A DNA stretch of 64,000 nucleotides from a bacterium (GCA_020057885.1 JAGVEX010000009.1:36704-100703), one strand, 5' to 3'. Numbered from the stretch's first letter, positions 1-9,951 are shown. The notes: a model not told the origin generated them from the letters alone. Numbers and translations: made by a program.

Positions 1-616
1 TAGCCTCTGTATAATAGGTGGAAGACATACCTAAAACCGCCGCCCGTTCATTCATTAAACGCACAAATTCAGTTTGATTTTTTCCAGTAAAACTTGCCAA
101 AGCAGAAGCGGCATTATTAGCTGAGCCGACCAAAGTGGCTCCTAATAAATTACGCAAGGTAACCTGTTCGCCATCTTTCACTTGTAAAAGACTAATTTTA
201 TCTCCCGCCTTAATATAAGGAGATGATAACAAGCTGTTATCTGTAGCAGTGATGGTTACGGGACTATCTAGATTAATTTTACTTTCCAAAGTAATTACCG
301 AAGTCATTAATTTGGTTAAGCTAGCAATAGGCAGTTCTAGTTCAGGCTCTAGGGCGCCAACAATTTCTCCTGAAGGTAATTTAACCACCAAAGCCGACAA
401 ACTGGAAAGTTCAAGCTCATCAAGTGTTGGCACAACTTCCCAATTAGTATAATCGGCAACTACACCTGGCAGTGGTAATTTAGGTAGAGATCCCAAATCA
501 GTAGCCGAAGAAGTTGGCATTTGCGGCCAACTGACTAATGTTATTACCAGGGCAATAATTAGCCAAATATTAGGCCAATGCCCCAGGCGCTCGTAAAAGT
601 TGTTCAAGATTTTCAT
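1..616 (-). CDS. D-alanyl-D-alanine carboxypeptidase (peptidase S11/PBP5-like), N-terminal part; C-terminus lies beyond window start
   Basis: Manual minus-strand translation from ATG at 614-616: MKILNNFYERLGHWPNIWLIIALVITLVSW... (signal/TM), SxxK motif ASLTKLMT, and FVRLMNERAAVLGMSSTYYT typical of DacA-type carboxypeptidases. Not in ORF track because it runs off the window edge. Overlaps scpB 3' end by ~47 nt. Confidence 0.55.
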   Translation of the reverse strand, partial: MKILNNFYERLGHWPNIWLIIALVITLVSWPQMPTSSATDLGSLPKLPLPGVVADYTNWEVVPTLDELELSSLSALVVKLPSGEIVGALEPELELPIASLTKLMTSVITLESKINLDSPVTITATDNSLLSSPYIKAGDKISLLQVKDGEQVTLRNLLGATLVGSANNAASALASFTGKNQTEFVRLMNERAAVLGMSSTYYTEA

Positions 617-1151
617 GGTTAGATAAAGTATCAAAATGAGGAAGCTGTTTAACTGAAGTAATTCCAAGGAAACGCAAAAAATCAACCGTTACCTGATAAA
701 GCGGCAAAGGTGATTCTTCGTTGGTTGCTTCCACCAAACCGCGAATTTGCAAATTGCGTAAAATTAAACTGCAATTTACTCCCCTAATCTGTTCCAACTC
801 GGCTTTGGAAATCGGCCCGCGGTAAGCGATGACCGACAAAGTTTCCAATTGTGGGCGAGTAAGTTCTCCTAACTCTTCCTTTTTTAAAAACTGACGCACC
901 AATTCGCTGTGCGCTGGATGTGTTGCCAAAAGCGCTTCGTTTTGGTGAATAATAATCTCTAAACCGTGTCCGTTATCCACATAACGCTTTTGCAGTTCAG
1001 CCAAAGCAGACTCAATATCCCCCACCGTAACTTCAGTGAGCTCGGCTAATTTTTTTAGTGACAAAGGCTTACCAGCGGCAAATAAAATACTTTCTAACTT
1101 ACTAATAAGCGTACTTTGACTATTTGTGATTTGATTATCTTTTGGTGGCAT
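570..1151 (-). CDS. scpB: segregation and condensation protein B
   Basis: 193 aa with two winged-helix ScpB-like repeats (LESILFAAGKPLSLKKLAE...; ETLSVIAYRGPISKAELEQIRGV); immediately downstream of scpA. Confidence 0.85.
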   Translation of the reverse strand: MPPKDNQITNSQSTLISKLESILFAAGKPLSLKKLAELTEVTVGDIESALAELQKRYVDNGHGLEIIIHQNEALLATHPAHSELVRQFLKKEELGELTRPQLETLSVIAYRGPISKAELEQIRGVNCSLILRNLQIRGLVEATNEESPLPLYQVTVDFLRFLGITSVKQLPHFDTLSNHENLEQLLRAPGALA

Positions 1152-1160
1152 ACTTGATAT

Positions 1161-1325
1161 TTAAGTAATAAATCCTAAATCCGAAATTCTACCTGCCCGC
1201 CAGCAGGCGGGAATCCCAAACAATAGTGGAGATAAAAAATTAAATTATTTTGACATTTGGATTTTGGATTTGTTTAGATATTAGCCTGCCTGCGGTAGGC
1301 AGGAAATTAGATATTAGATTTTTGT
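1161..1325. repeat. AAATCC-type intergenic repeat element, copy 1
   Basis: Contains aatcctaaatccgaaatt ... GC hairpin cctgcccgcc-agc-ggcaggcggg ... ttgacatttggattttggatttgtttagatattag plus a second hairpin cctgcctgcggtaggcagg. About 95% identical core to 26283-26500. Confidence 0.6.
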
Positions 1326-1328
1326 TTT

Positions 1329-2033
1329 TTATTCTGGTTTACTAAGCATAATATCTTGAAATAATTCTGACTGGTGAGCTATTAACTGACGTTGTTTTAC
1401 CAGCTCCAAGAGCGCTAAAAATGAAACAATGACTTCAGTTTTATCTTTTGCTTTAGCAATAAATGTTTCCCAGTTTAAATGTGCTTTGTCTAAAATTAAC
1501 TTTTTAAGTGTAGTTATTTTTTCTTGAATGGAAATTGCGCGCTGTAAAGTGATTTCCGGAAGTTTAATAATTGGCTCTAAGGCCGCTATTACTCGCCTAA
1601 TCCCCTTTTCAATTAACTCTAATACTAATCCTATTGGCGCCGTTGGTTTAGAAGATTCAAGTTTAATAAGTAAAGGTTTTTCACGTACCCAAGCCACATG
1701 GCTCTGTCGCCACATTTTAGCAATTTGCTTGCCAGCTTCCAAATATTCTTTATAAATTTTAAGTTGGCGTTCAAGATCCTGTGCTTCCTCCTGCCCGCCC
1801 AAATTAAGAGAAGGTAATAAATAACGCGATTTAATAAGCAACAACTTAGCGGCTATTACCAAAAAATCCGCCACCTCTTCCGGGTTAAGCTCCTCCACTT
1901 TATCCAGATATTCAAGATACTGATCTGTCACTTGCGCTAAAGCAATCTCGGTTATATCAAGCTCCTCCTGTTCAATTAATTGAAGCAGAAGGTCTAGTGG
2001 TCCTTGAAATTTTTCTAATTTAATTTCGTACAT
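1329..2033 (-). CDS. scpA: segregation and condensation protein A
   Basis: 234 aa; N-terminus FQGPLDLLLQLIEQEELDITEIALAQVTDQYLEYL is canonical ScpA. Confidence 0.85.
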   Translation of the reverse strand: MYEIKLEKFQGPLDLLLQLIEQEELDITEIALAQVTDQYLEYLDKVEELNPEEVADFLVIAAKLLLIKSRYLLPSLNLGGQEEAQDLERQLKIYKEYLEAGKQIAKMWRQSHVAWVREKPLLIKLESSKPTAPIGLVLELIEKGIRRVIAALEPIIKLPEITLQRAISIQEKITTLKKLILDKAHLNWETFIAKAKDKTEVIVSFLALLELVKQRQLIAHQSELFQDIMLSKPE

Positions 2034-2056
2034 GAAAAATTTAAATCTTACAAAAT

Positions 2057-2530
2057 TTACTTTCTCTTCTTGGCAAAGTTCACTAATTTACCCTCTACCA
2101 CTTTTAATAAATCTTTTGTTTTCATATGAAGCGAACTTTCAAAACTACCCGCTTGCACCACTGCTTTTTGCGCTTTCATTACTGCCTTATCTACATACAC
2201 CGGCAATTTATGCAAAGGGCCATGAAATGGTGAAATAGCACCTGGCTTAACTTTAAAAAGTTTTATCATTACATTTTCTCTATCAATATCAACTTTTTTG
2301 GCACCGGTAACTTTTTTGAGCGCCTTAAAATCAACTTGGTGTGAAGCTGGTAAAACTACCAAGGCGTGATCTTTATCAATTTTAACTACCAATGTTTTTA
2401 CCACTTCATTTAGTTTGCGTTTTAATGTTTGGGCTAAATCATAAGCTGTGAATACGGTACGGTGTTCTAACATCTCGTGTTTAATTTTATTTTTCTTTAA
2501 AAAATTTAAAACTTTCGCTGGAATCTTCAT
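2057..2530 (-). CDS. YbaK/ProX-family aminoacyl-tRNA deacylase (Cys-tRNA(Pro)/Ala-tRNA(Pro) editing domain-like)
   Basis: 157 aa; motifs HALVVLPASHQVDFKALKKVTGAKKV and GAISPFHGP resemble the YbaK/ProRS INS-editing fold. Confidence 0.5.
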   Translation of the reverse strand: MKIPAKVLNFLKKNKIKHEMLEHRTVFTAYDLAQTLKRKLNEVVKTLVVKIDKDHALVVLPASHQVDFKALKKVTGAKKVDIDRENVMIKLFKVKPGAISPFHGPLHKLPVYVDKAVMKAQKAVVQAGSFESSLHMKTKDLLKVVEGKLVNFAKKRK

Positions 2531-2542
2531 AGTAATAATAGG

Positions 2543-2851
2543 TTAAAAATTAAAATTAACAATTCCCTGTAACCAAGGCAATACAGGAACGTTGAAATAA
2601 GACAAAATAATTATAACTAAAGCCGCCAAGACCGCCAACATTAAAAGCTTGGTTACAATATGTGTAACAACTTTAAGCACTAACAATAAAACAACTACCA
2701 CTGCCAAACCTAAAGCCCACTGGGGTAAATCTTGGTCTAATTTCCAAGTTTGTCCGCCGCCTAAATTAATCCAAAGTTGCGGTAGGGTTACATAAGAACC
2801 AACAAAAACACCAATAATGGTTAGCCATTTGAGCGCGCGAGTAAAAAACAT
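2543..2851 (-). CDS. small integral membrane protein (3 predicted TM helices), unknown function
   Basis: 102 aa, strongly hydrophobic segments. Confidence 0.4.
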   Translation of the reverse strand: MFFTRALKWLTIIGVFVGSYVTLPQLWINLGGGQTWKLDQDLPQWALGLAVVVVLLLVLKVVTHIVTKLLMLAVLAALVIIILSYFNVPVLPWLQGIVNFNF

Positions 2852-2870
2852 AATATAATAAATCTTAAAA

Positions 2871-3188
2871 TTATTTGCTTACCTTTTTTAATTTAAAAGG
2901 AAAACACTGCTGTTCACCAAGTAATTTACGTGCTACTTTACGCCCTGCCGGCATAAGCTTAACCTCTTTGATATACCACTTTTTAGGAGTGCGTACTCCA
3001 TAACCAACCATTAAACCTTTATCTATTAAACTTTCAAAACTTTTAGTAATGATATTAACTATATCATCAATTTTTGGTTTAGTTTTTTGTTGATCATAAA
3101 ACTTTGCAAAGCCACCTCTCGACACTGCTCTCGGCGGAGTAAAATAACAACTGCGTAATATGTATTTTTGCAAAGGTGAAAGACGCAT
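2871..3188 (-). CDS. hypothetical basic protein
   Basis: 105-aa ORF, Lys/Arg rich; no recognisable motif. Confidence 0.3.
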   Translation of the reverse strand: MRLSPLQKYILRSCYFTPPRAVSRGGFAKFYDQQKTKPKIDDIVNIITKSFESLIDKGLMVGYGVRTPKKWYIKEVKLMPAGRKVARKLLGEQQCFPFKLKKVSK

Positions 3189-3210
3189 AATTAATAACTA
3201 TTAATAAATG

Positions 3211-4260
3211 CTAATTAGGGGCAACAACAGTACAACGCATGTCGTGCCGGTAAAACTGTTCACCCTGTTTGTTTAGCCCTTTCGCTTTCATATCAAAACA
3301 ATAACTACCGGGAAAAGTAGTGGTTTTATCAAATTTAACACCATAGTAACCATCGTTAGTATTGTTATCACCATGCTGACCATCGTCTAATAAAACCAGG
3401 TTGGTTACTACTACATCAACAGGCAGTGAAGTTTGTGTACCTGGACTGGTTCCTGTTTCTGTTTCTTTATTAATATTTCCTTTGTTTCTAAGGCTATCAT
3501 ATGCTTTTACTTCAAGTTCAACTTGTGCACCTTTTGCTGGCTCACCGGCTTGATTTACTATAGCAAGAAAATTTATCGCATCACCAAGGTGATACGTTTG
3601 TTTAGTTAGTTCGGCATCAAAAGAAAAATCTAACACAAGATTGGTGCCCACTAACAAATCAACAAATGGTACTTCACGATCTACTGATCCAGTCACCTGA
3701 ACTGTCCACTCACCCACCAGTGGTTCATAAAGACGATAAAATTCATAATGATCACTTTTTACCCGTTCAGTCACATTCTTGTACTCTGAATAATTATTTT
3801 GGTTAATAACCTTACCATTCGGCTGAATAAGCTCCATTGTAAAATTCAAACCATCAGCCATCCAACTAACAGGAAATTCGGCATAGCCAACGCTTGAATC
3901 AATTACATATTTAGTTATAACACGCTCATTACCAACTTCCTGATTGATTGGTTGCACTAAGGCATTGGGACGATTAAAACTAGGTCTAGATGATGTTGTT
4001 GTATTTATTGGTTCAATATCAGTGTTAGTTGGTGGATTTTCTTCTTCAATCACAACCAACCCCCCTGCCCCTTGTTTTGGTTGAATATAACCCTGTAATC
4101 GTTCAGCTATTCTTTCATCAACAGTTCCACCAAGACCATTATTGGTTTTGAATGGAGATGATGAAAATAACAAATTGTGTGCAAAAGAGTATAAAACAAC
4201 AACTGCAGTTGTAGTAGTTAAAAAAGCCACCGTTATTAAAATTTTTTCTCTAAGTACCAT
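3211..4260 (-). CDS. N-terminally anchored secreted/surface protein, unknown function
   Basis: 349 aa with one N-terminal TM helix (ILITVAFLTTTTAVVVLYSF) followed by a polar extracytoplasmic domain. Confidence 0.45.
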   Translation of the reverse strand: MVLREKILITVAFLTTTTAVVVLYSFAHNLLFSSSPFKTNNGLGGTVDERIAERLQGYIQPKQGAGGLVVIEEENPPTNTDIEPINTTTSSRPSFNRPNALVQPINQEVGNERVITKYVIDSSVGYAEFPVSWMADGLNFTMELIQPNGKVINQNNYSEYKNVTERVKSDHYEFYRLYEPLVGEWTVQVTGSVDREVPFVDLLVGTNLVLDFSFDAELTKQTYHLGDAINFLAIVNQAGEPAKGAQVELEVKAYDSLRNKGNINKETETGTSPGTQTSLPVDVVVTNLVLLDDGQHGDNNTNDGYYGVKFDKTTTFPGSYCFDMKAKGLNKQGEQFYRHDMRCTVVAPN

Positions 4261-4282
4261 AATACGTAAAATTATTAATGGT

Positions 4283-5704
4283 TTATTTGCTCCGATATAC
4301 TAATCCTAATTCCTCTAACTGTTCCTTAGTTACTTCCGATGGCGCGTCCATTAAAGGATCACGAACATCACCCATCAACGGAAAAGCAATGACTTCTCTA
4401 ATATTTTTTTCTCCAGCTAAAATAGAAACCAATCTATCCAACCCAGGCGCAATACCACCGTGTGGTGGTACGCCGTATTTAAAAGCTTCTATTAAATGAG
4501 CAAACTGTTGTTTTTGTTCGATGGTAAAACCAATTAAATCCCAAACTTTTTCTTGCACCTTAGGATCATGAATTCTCAAACTGCCTCCGCCAACCTCTAA
4601 CCCATTCAAAACTAAATCATGTTGGTAAGAATGAACTTTACCGGGATCAGTTTCGAGTAGCGGCAAATCCTCTTCTTTGGGACGTGTAAACATGTGGTGC
4701 GAAGGTGCCCATTGGCTTTTTCCCGAACCATGGAAAAAATCCTCTGCTGTTTGTTTATTAAATAATGGAAAATCAACTACCCAAGCAAAAGCTAACTCGT
4801 TTAAATTCTCTTTATCTTTCCGTAAATCTGGTTTATCGGTGCCGTACTTTTTTACCACATCAGCATGTTTAAGCCGCGGCCACGGCTCAAAAGTCAAATG
4901 TTTTTCCGGAAACAATTTTTTAACCATAGATGTAAACATTTTTTCCGTAAGATCAAGCACCTCGTCTTGCTCCATAAAAGACATTTCCATATCAATTTGA
5001 TAAAACTCACCCGGAGAGCGGTCGGCACGGGCATCCTCGTCCCTAAAACAAGGAGCTATCTGAAAATACCTCTCCACTCCAGCCACCATCAATAACTGTT
5101 TGTATTGCTGCGGCGACTGTGGTAAGGCAAAAAACTTTCCCTGATGCACTCGTGATGGCACTAAATAATCACGTGCTCCTTCGGGGGTGGATTTAGACAA
5201 CATCGGGGTTTGAATATAAGTAAAATTATGATCTACTAAATAGTCAATTACATATCTAATAACATCTGATCGTAATTTTATATTGCGGGCCATTCGCTCA
5301 TGACGCAAATCAAGATAACGATATTTAAGCCGCAATTCTTCACTAGCTTGCCGCTCCTCATTATCAATTTCAAACGGCGGAGTTTCGGCTTCGTTAATAA
5401 TTTCTAGTTTACTAGCCAAAATCTCAATCGTTCCCGATGCTAAATCTTTATTTTCGTTACCTGGCTTACGCGCTTGTACTTTACCGGTCACGGCTAACAC
5501 AAATTCCGGGCGAATTTTAGGCATAGCTTCCCTACTGACTTCATCTAATTCTGCCGGCACCAACACTACTTGGACTAAACCCGTCTTATCCCGCAAATCA
5601 ATAAAGGCAATTTTACCCATATTGCGGCGAGAGTTAACCCAACCTTTAAGTAAAACTTCTTCGCCTACTTTATTTATAGCTTCGGTAATAAAAATACGTT
5701 TCAT
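4283..5704 (-). CDS. aspS: aspartyl-tRNA synthetase (bacterial-type core, no GAD insertion)
   Basis: 473 aa; OB-fold N-terminus (VLLKGWVNSRRNMGKIAFIDLRD); class-II motifs QSPQQYKQLLMVAGVERYFQIAPCFRDEDARADRSPGEFYQIDMEMSF and GGIAPGLDRLVSILAG. Confidence 0.85.
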   Translation of the reverse strand: MKRIFITEAINKVGEEVLLKGWVNSRRNMGKIAFIDLRDKTGLVQVVLVPAELDEVSREAMPKIRPEFVLAVTGKVQARKPGNENKDLASGTIEILASKLEIINEAETPPFEIDNEERQASEELRLKYRYLDLRHERMARNIKLRSDVIRYVIDYLVDHNFTYIQTPMLSKSTPEGARDYLVPSRVHQGKFFALPQSPQQYKQLLMVAGVERYFQIAPCFRDEDARADRSPGEFYQIDMEMSFMEQDEVLDLTEKMFTSMVKKLFPEKHLTFEPWPRLKHADVVKKYGTDKPDLRKDKENLNELAFAWVVDFPLFNKQTAEDFFHGSGKSQWAPSHHMFTRPKEEDLPLLETDPGKVHSYQHDLVLNGLEVGGGSLRIHDPKVQEKVWDLIGFTIEQKQQFAHLIEAFKYGVPPHGGIAPGLDRLVSILAGEKNIREVIAFPLMGDVRDPLMDAPSEVTKEQLEELGLVYRSK

Positions 5705-5718
5705 AATATATAATATTA

Positions 5719-6492
5719 CTAATTACTTTCTACGCACGCCGCCTTAACACAGGCACACTTAATACCTTCCCGATATGGTGCTCGACCTAAATCTATACCA
5801 AGACGTTTATTATCTGCTTCCACTCGAGCCACATATTCCGGTGTATGACAACCGCCTGTGAACCAAATGAATTGACAATCGTTGTCTTGTGCACATTGAT
5901 CTTTCACTTTATCAATTAAAGTCGCTTTTGTAGTTAGTTTAAAAGTCGAAAGAATTTGCTGATATATACCCGAATCTATATCAGTAGTATTAGAGAACAT
6001 TATGTCATAAATATATCCACTATTCTCGTCTTTACTCCATACATTAATGAACGGCAATATACATTTTTCTACACCACAACGACCAGGAAATTTTACTTCA
6101 GTTGCCACAATACCACCTAATAAATAAGAATTTTCTGTATTGCCAGGGGGAGATGAAAAATGTTTCTGACCTACTACACTCACACTCACAGATTGCGTTT
6201 CATCAAGTGGATTTTTAACATCTAACACCACTCCGCCGATAGATGGAGTTGCGACTATATATGATTTTTCAATCCAGGAGGAAGGATGTTTTATCTCAAA
6301 CCCATATTGCTCATTACGATAGGTTTTTAAATTTGATGTATCAGTTAAATTGACTGGATTAATTTGGCCGTATTTTTTTAAATCCACTTGCTTTTGTAAA
6401 AGCATTGCACAACCAGCAGCTATAAGCAAAACAAAGACTATAGCTACGGTTGTAATAATTGATGAGGTAAAAAGATGTTTCCTTAGATTCAT
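5719..6492 (-). CDS. secreted Cys-rich protein, paralog family with 6568..7917
   Basis: 257 aa, N-terminal TM/signal; shares the KTYRNEQYGFE(I/L)xxPSxW module with the neighbour; C-terminal Cys cluster. Confidence 0.45.
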   Translation of the reverse strand: MNLRKHLFTSSIITTVAIVFVLLIAAGCAMLLQKQVDLKKYGQINPVNLTDTSNLKTYRNEQYGFEIKHPSSWIEKSYIVATPSIGGVVLDVKNPLDETQSVSVSVVGQKHFSSPPGNTENSYLLGGIVATEVKFPGRCGVEKCILPFINVWSKDENSGYIYDIMFSNTTDIDSGIYQQILSTFKLTTKATLIDKVKDQCAQDNDCQFIWFTGGCHTPEYVARVEADNKRLGIDLGRAPYREGIKCACVKAACVESN

Positions 6493-6567
6493 AAATTAAA
6501 TAGTTATTTATTTATAGCTTAGGTAATAAAAATACGGTTCATAATTTAATATTTTCTTATTTAAACT

Positions 6568-7917
6568 TTAATCATTCAAAGGAAAAATAACCTGCCCGTT
6601 TCTCCACGATACATTCTGATAACTATCATAGGGTTGAGAATCACCGGGAGTCTTAGTAGAATTCAGGGGAAAAATATCAAAGTTAAAGAAATAACCAGAC
6701 AATTGATTAGTTAATTTAGTCGCGATAATTCCTACAAAGTTCTCAATTTGTGCATTAGTAGGCTTTTCTTTTACGTATAGCCAAATAGTATAAGTTTTTG
6801 CCTTGTCAAATTCAATAAAGTATTTGTTTACCAAGTCTGTTGATTGGACAAGTCGTGTAAGCTCGTTATCTAAAATATTAGCGATGACTATATTAGATGA
6901 ATTTGAAGAAATAAATTTGAAGGTGGAAAGAATTTTATTTAATAACTCCTTTGACTCTATATTATCTGCTTCTAAAAAAACTGAAAGGTATGGCTGCTCA
7001 ACTATATTAATAAACTTAATAAAACGACTGTCTAATCCAGGCTCTTCCCATTCTCCTACCTTAGCTTTTTTCCCTGCAAACAAAGTTTCAGAACCATTAA
7101 TGAGTGGACTATATTGGCTGATGTCTATTGTGTTTACGGGCATGCTTGTTTCAGCTTGTTGCATATCAAATTCTGCAACCCTTACAATCGTGCCCTTAGC
7201 ACCATTAAGAATCAACCATTTAGATGGGTATTGTAATTCAAACCCATATTGCTCATTACGATAAGTTTTCCAGCCTGCAGTGAGCGAAGTCGAACTGGTT
7301 GACAACTCTTCTCCCTGCTTTAAAAACACATTCTCTGACACTTTGGTCCAGTCATTAAAATTAACAACTTCCGTGCCGCGGGTAATTTGTTTTACATAAG
7401 TTGCCACCTCATATTGTTCACTGCCATAGGTTTTAACAATTTCCTGCCACTTCGCACTAGTAAAAGGATAATCATCCTTAAAAGTATTAATATAATTAAA
7501 ATTATTATCTGCGCCGTAGCCAAATACTGCGGCGGACATTATATGGCCATCTTCAAAAGCAATTAACAATTTATTATTTCCAATAAATTGAAGATAATCC
7601 ACCTGCCAAGTTGTGGAGCCTAACACCGGAGAAATAGGAATTGATTTTTGTAGCACGTTCCACTGCGCCAGAAAATTATTAATAACCTCAACCTCAGTAG
7701 ACTGAGTGGTTGCTTCAGGGCAAGCTGTAAACTCGCAGGCTGGGCCAGTTCTCCCCACATAACTACCATCGGGACACTGTTTGGCTTCCATTGTACAAGC
7801 TCGAGCCACTGGCTGTTTTACTCCCTTATTCAAAACCAAATAAGTAAACCCAATGGCTGAAAAAACCACTATGACTGCTACAATTATTATCAAATTTGCA
7901 AAACCGCGTTGGTTCAT
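6568..7917 (-). CDS. secreted Cys-rich protein, paralog family with 5719..6492
   Basis: 449 aa, N-terminal TM; CxxC-rich segment after the anchor; WKTYRNEQYGFELQYPSKW module. Confidence 0.45.
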   Translation of the reverse strand: MNQRGFANLIIIVAVIVVFSAIGFTYLVLNKGVKQPVARACTMEAKQCPDGSYVGRTGPACEFTACPEATTQSTEVEVINNFLAQWNVLQKSIPISPVLGSTTWQVDYLQFIGNNKLLIAFEDGHIMSAAVFGYGADNNFNYINTFKDDYPFTSAKWQEIVKTYGSEQYEVATYVKQITRGTEVVNFNDWTKVSENVFLKQGEELSTSSTSLTAGWKTYRNEQYGFELQYPSKWLILNGAKGTIVRVAEFDMQQAETSMPVNTIDISQYSPLINGSETLFAGKKAKVGEWEEPGLDSRFIKFINIVEQPYLSVFLEADNIESKELLNKILSTFKFISSNSSNIVIANILDNELTRLVQSTDLVNKYFIEFDKAKTYTIWLYVKEKPTNAQIENFVGIIATKLTNQLSGYFFNFDIFPLNSTKTPGDSQPYDSYQNVSWRNGQVIFPLND

Positions 7918-7960
7918 AAAATTAATACCTATGGTCTCAAATAATTATACCTATGAAATT

Positions 7961-8659
7961 TCATTGAACCGGCGATAATACTATCTTATGGAGTTCAGCA
8001 CTTGCAATGATATTGAGCGATTTGTTTGATAGTGTAAGGGATCTAAGCTGACAAACCCAATATAATTCCTTACCCTTAGGGACTTCTATCTGACCCGAAG
8101 GTAATAAATAACCAGAAAACTTATCTTCATAATTGACAAGTTTTAAACCGGCTTCCTCAAGAACCCACTGTGCTTGCTCCTGTTTCACTCCTGTTTTAAA
8201 AAAAACATCAATCCTACCTATACTATAACTTCCTGGTTGAGTAAATTGACTCAAACTTCCTAAACAGGAAGTAAAACTCCTCTGGATGCCCTCATCTGTC
8301 TGCCCAATTTTTCTTTGATGACGATCGTATATAGCTGCGGCGGTAAAAAAAGACGCAACGTAATAATATAATAGAATAGCTATACCAAGAGCAATAAAAC
8401 TAACTAGTAAACGTCCTTTTGACACATCCAAATTTGTTTTCTTAGAAACAGAGGTCCCAGGCGTTGGTTCACCAACGCCTAAATGAGAGATGCTTAAATA
8501 AAAAACCACAACAAATAACAACAAAATAACCGCGAAATGTAGGTAAGGTAAAACTAACAAATAATATACGAGCCCAGATTTACTTAAAAACCATTCTACC
8601 AGGAAAATTAAAACCAATGTTAAACCAAAACTGATAGCTAACTTAATAAAAGTACGCAT
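7961..8659 (-). CDS. integral membrane protein, unknown function (likely co-transcribed with asnS)
   Basis: 232 aa, 4-5 hydrophobic helices; 2-nt gap to asnS. Confidence 0.4.
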   Translation of the reverse strand: MRTFIKLAISFGLTLVLIFLVEWFLSKSGLVYYLLVLPYLHFAVILLLFVVVFYLSISHLGVGEPTPGTSVSKKTNLDVSKGRLLVSFIALGIAILLYYYVASFFTAAAIYDRHQRKIGQTDEGIQRSFTSCLGSLSQFTQPGSYSIGRIDVFFKTGVKQEQAQWVLEEAGLKLVNYEDKFSGYLLPSGQIEVPKGKELYWVCQLRSLTLSNKSLNIIASAELHKIVLSPVQ

Positions 8660-8661
8660 AA

Positions 8662-9951
8662 TTATGGTCTCAATCTATTAATTAATCTCGGAAAAGGAAT
8701 ACTTTCGCGAATATGTTTAAGTCCACAAATCCACGCCACAATGCGTTCCAAACCATAACCAAATCCGGAATGTGGCACACTGCCAAATTTACGCGTATCC
8801 AAATACCACTGGAACGGCTCAATAGGTAATTTATGTTCTTTCATACGTGCGAGTAGCTCATTATAATTATCCTCACGCTGACTCCCGCCAATAATCTCCC
8901 CATAACCCTCATGGGCTAACAAATCCGCGTTTAATACTCGCGTAGGATCGCTGGGATCACGCTTCATATAAAAAGCTTTTACAGCCGCCGGATATTTTTC
9001 CACAAAAATCGGCTTATCGTACATTTGTGTTAAAACAGTTTCATCATCCGCGCCTAAATCATCCATTTCGCCAATATCACTCCCCTGCTCGCGTAACTTT
9101 TTTACAGCTTCAGCGTGAGTAATGCGATAAAAAGGCGGTTTTACATTTTCTAAAGGCTTGGTGTCGCGCTCTAAAATTTCCAATTCTTTCTTGTTTATCT
9201 CCAGTGTACGAGCCACAATAAAAGAAATCAACTCTTCCTGAATTTTTAAATTTTCCTCGTGCTCCACAAAAGCGGCCTCGGCGTCCATCATCCAAAATTC
9301 TGTTAAGTGGCGACGGGTTTTGGATTTCTCAGCGCGGAACACCGGACCAAAATCAAATACGCGCCCCAAAGAAGCAATGGCGGCTTCCAAATAAAGCTGG
9401 CCCGACTGTGTGAGGTAGGCCGGTTCGCCAAAATAATCTATCTCAAACAAAGTGGTTGTGCCTTCGCAAGAAGTCGGGGTTAAAATCGGCGAGTCAAATT
9501 TTATAAACCCTTGGGAATTCAAAAATTCGTAAGTGGCGTTGATAATAGTATTGCGCACTCGCTGAATAGCCCATTGTTTAGGCGACCTAAGCCATAAATG
9601 GCGGTTATCCAGTAAAAAATCTGGCCCGTGCTCTTTTTTGCCAATGGGATATTCCTCGGCCTTACCAACTAAAGTCAAAATTTTAGTCTGCAGTTCGTAC
9701 TCCTCTTTTTTAGGATGTTTGGAAACAACACCCTCAGCAATAATAGACGACTCAATAGTCACCTGCTGTACTGCCTGCCAAGAGGATTCTTCTACTTCTT
9801 TTTGATTTACTACTACTTGGGTAAATCCAGCGCCGTCACGAAATTCTAAAAAGTAGATTTTGCCAGAAGAACGCAAATTAGCTACCCAGCCTTTTAGGGT
9901 AACTTCTTTGCCTATATAGTCTTTGAGTTGGCTGGTAAATACTTGTTCCAT
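8662..9951 (-). CDS. asnS: asparaginyl-tRNA synthetase
   Basis: 429 aa; OB N-terminus; class-IIb motifs FDFGPVFRAEKSKTRRHLTEFWMMDAEAAF and GFGYGLERIVAWICGLKHIRESIPFPR. The EFWM..E signature favours AsnRS over archaeal-type AspRS. Confidence 0.7.
   Translation of the reverse strand: MEQVFTSQLKDYIGKEVTLKGWVANLRSSGKIYFLEFRDGAGFTQVVVNQKEVEESSWQAVQQVTIESSIIAEGVVSKHPKKEEYELQTKILTLVGKAEEYPIGKKEHGPDFLLDNRHLWLRSPKQWAIQRVRNTIINATYEFLNSQGFIKFDSPILTPTSCEGTTTLFEIDYFGEPAYLTQSGQLYLEAAIASLGRVFDFGPVFRAEKSKTRRHLTEFWMMDAEAAFVEHEENLKIQEELISFIVARTLEINKKELEILERDTKPLENVKPPFYRITHAEAVKKLREQGSDIGEMDDLGADDETVLTQMYDKPIFVEKYPAAVKAFYMKRDPSDPTRVLNADLLAHEGYGEIIGGSQREDNYNELLARMKEHKLPIEPFQWYLDTRKFGSVPHSGFGYGLERIVAWICGLKHIRESIPFPRLINRLRP

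Noticed and set aside
249-452. 67-aa plus-strand ORF
   Set aside because: Lies antisense inside the D-Ala-D-Ala carboxypeptidase gene; Ser-rich low-complexity translation; likely spurious.
1528-1755. 75-aa ORF antisense within scpA
   Set aside because: Fully embedded opposite a well-supported gene.
2032-2238. 68-aa plus-strand ORF overlapping YbaK-like gene
   Set aside because: Antisense to a better-supported ORF; no motif.
9110-9295. 61-aa ORF inside asnS
   Set aside because: Same-strand, out-of-frame internal ORF of a conserved synthetase.
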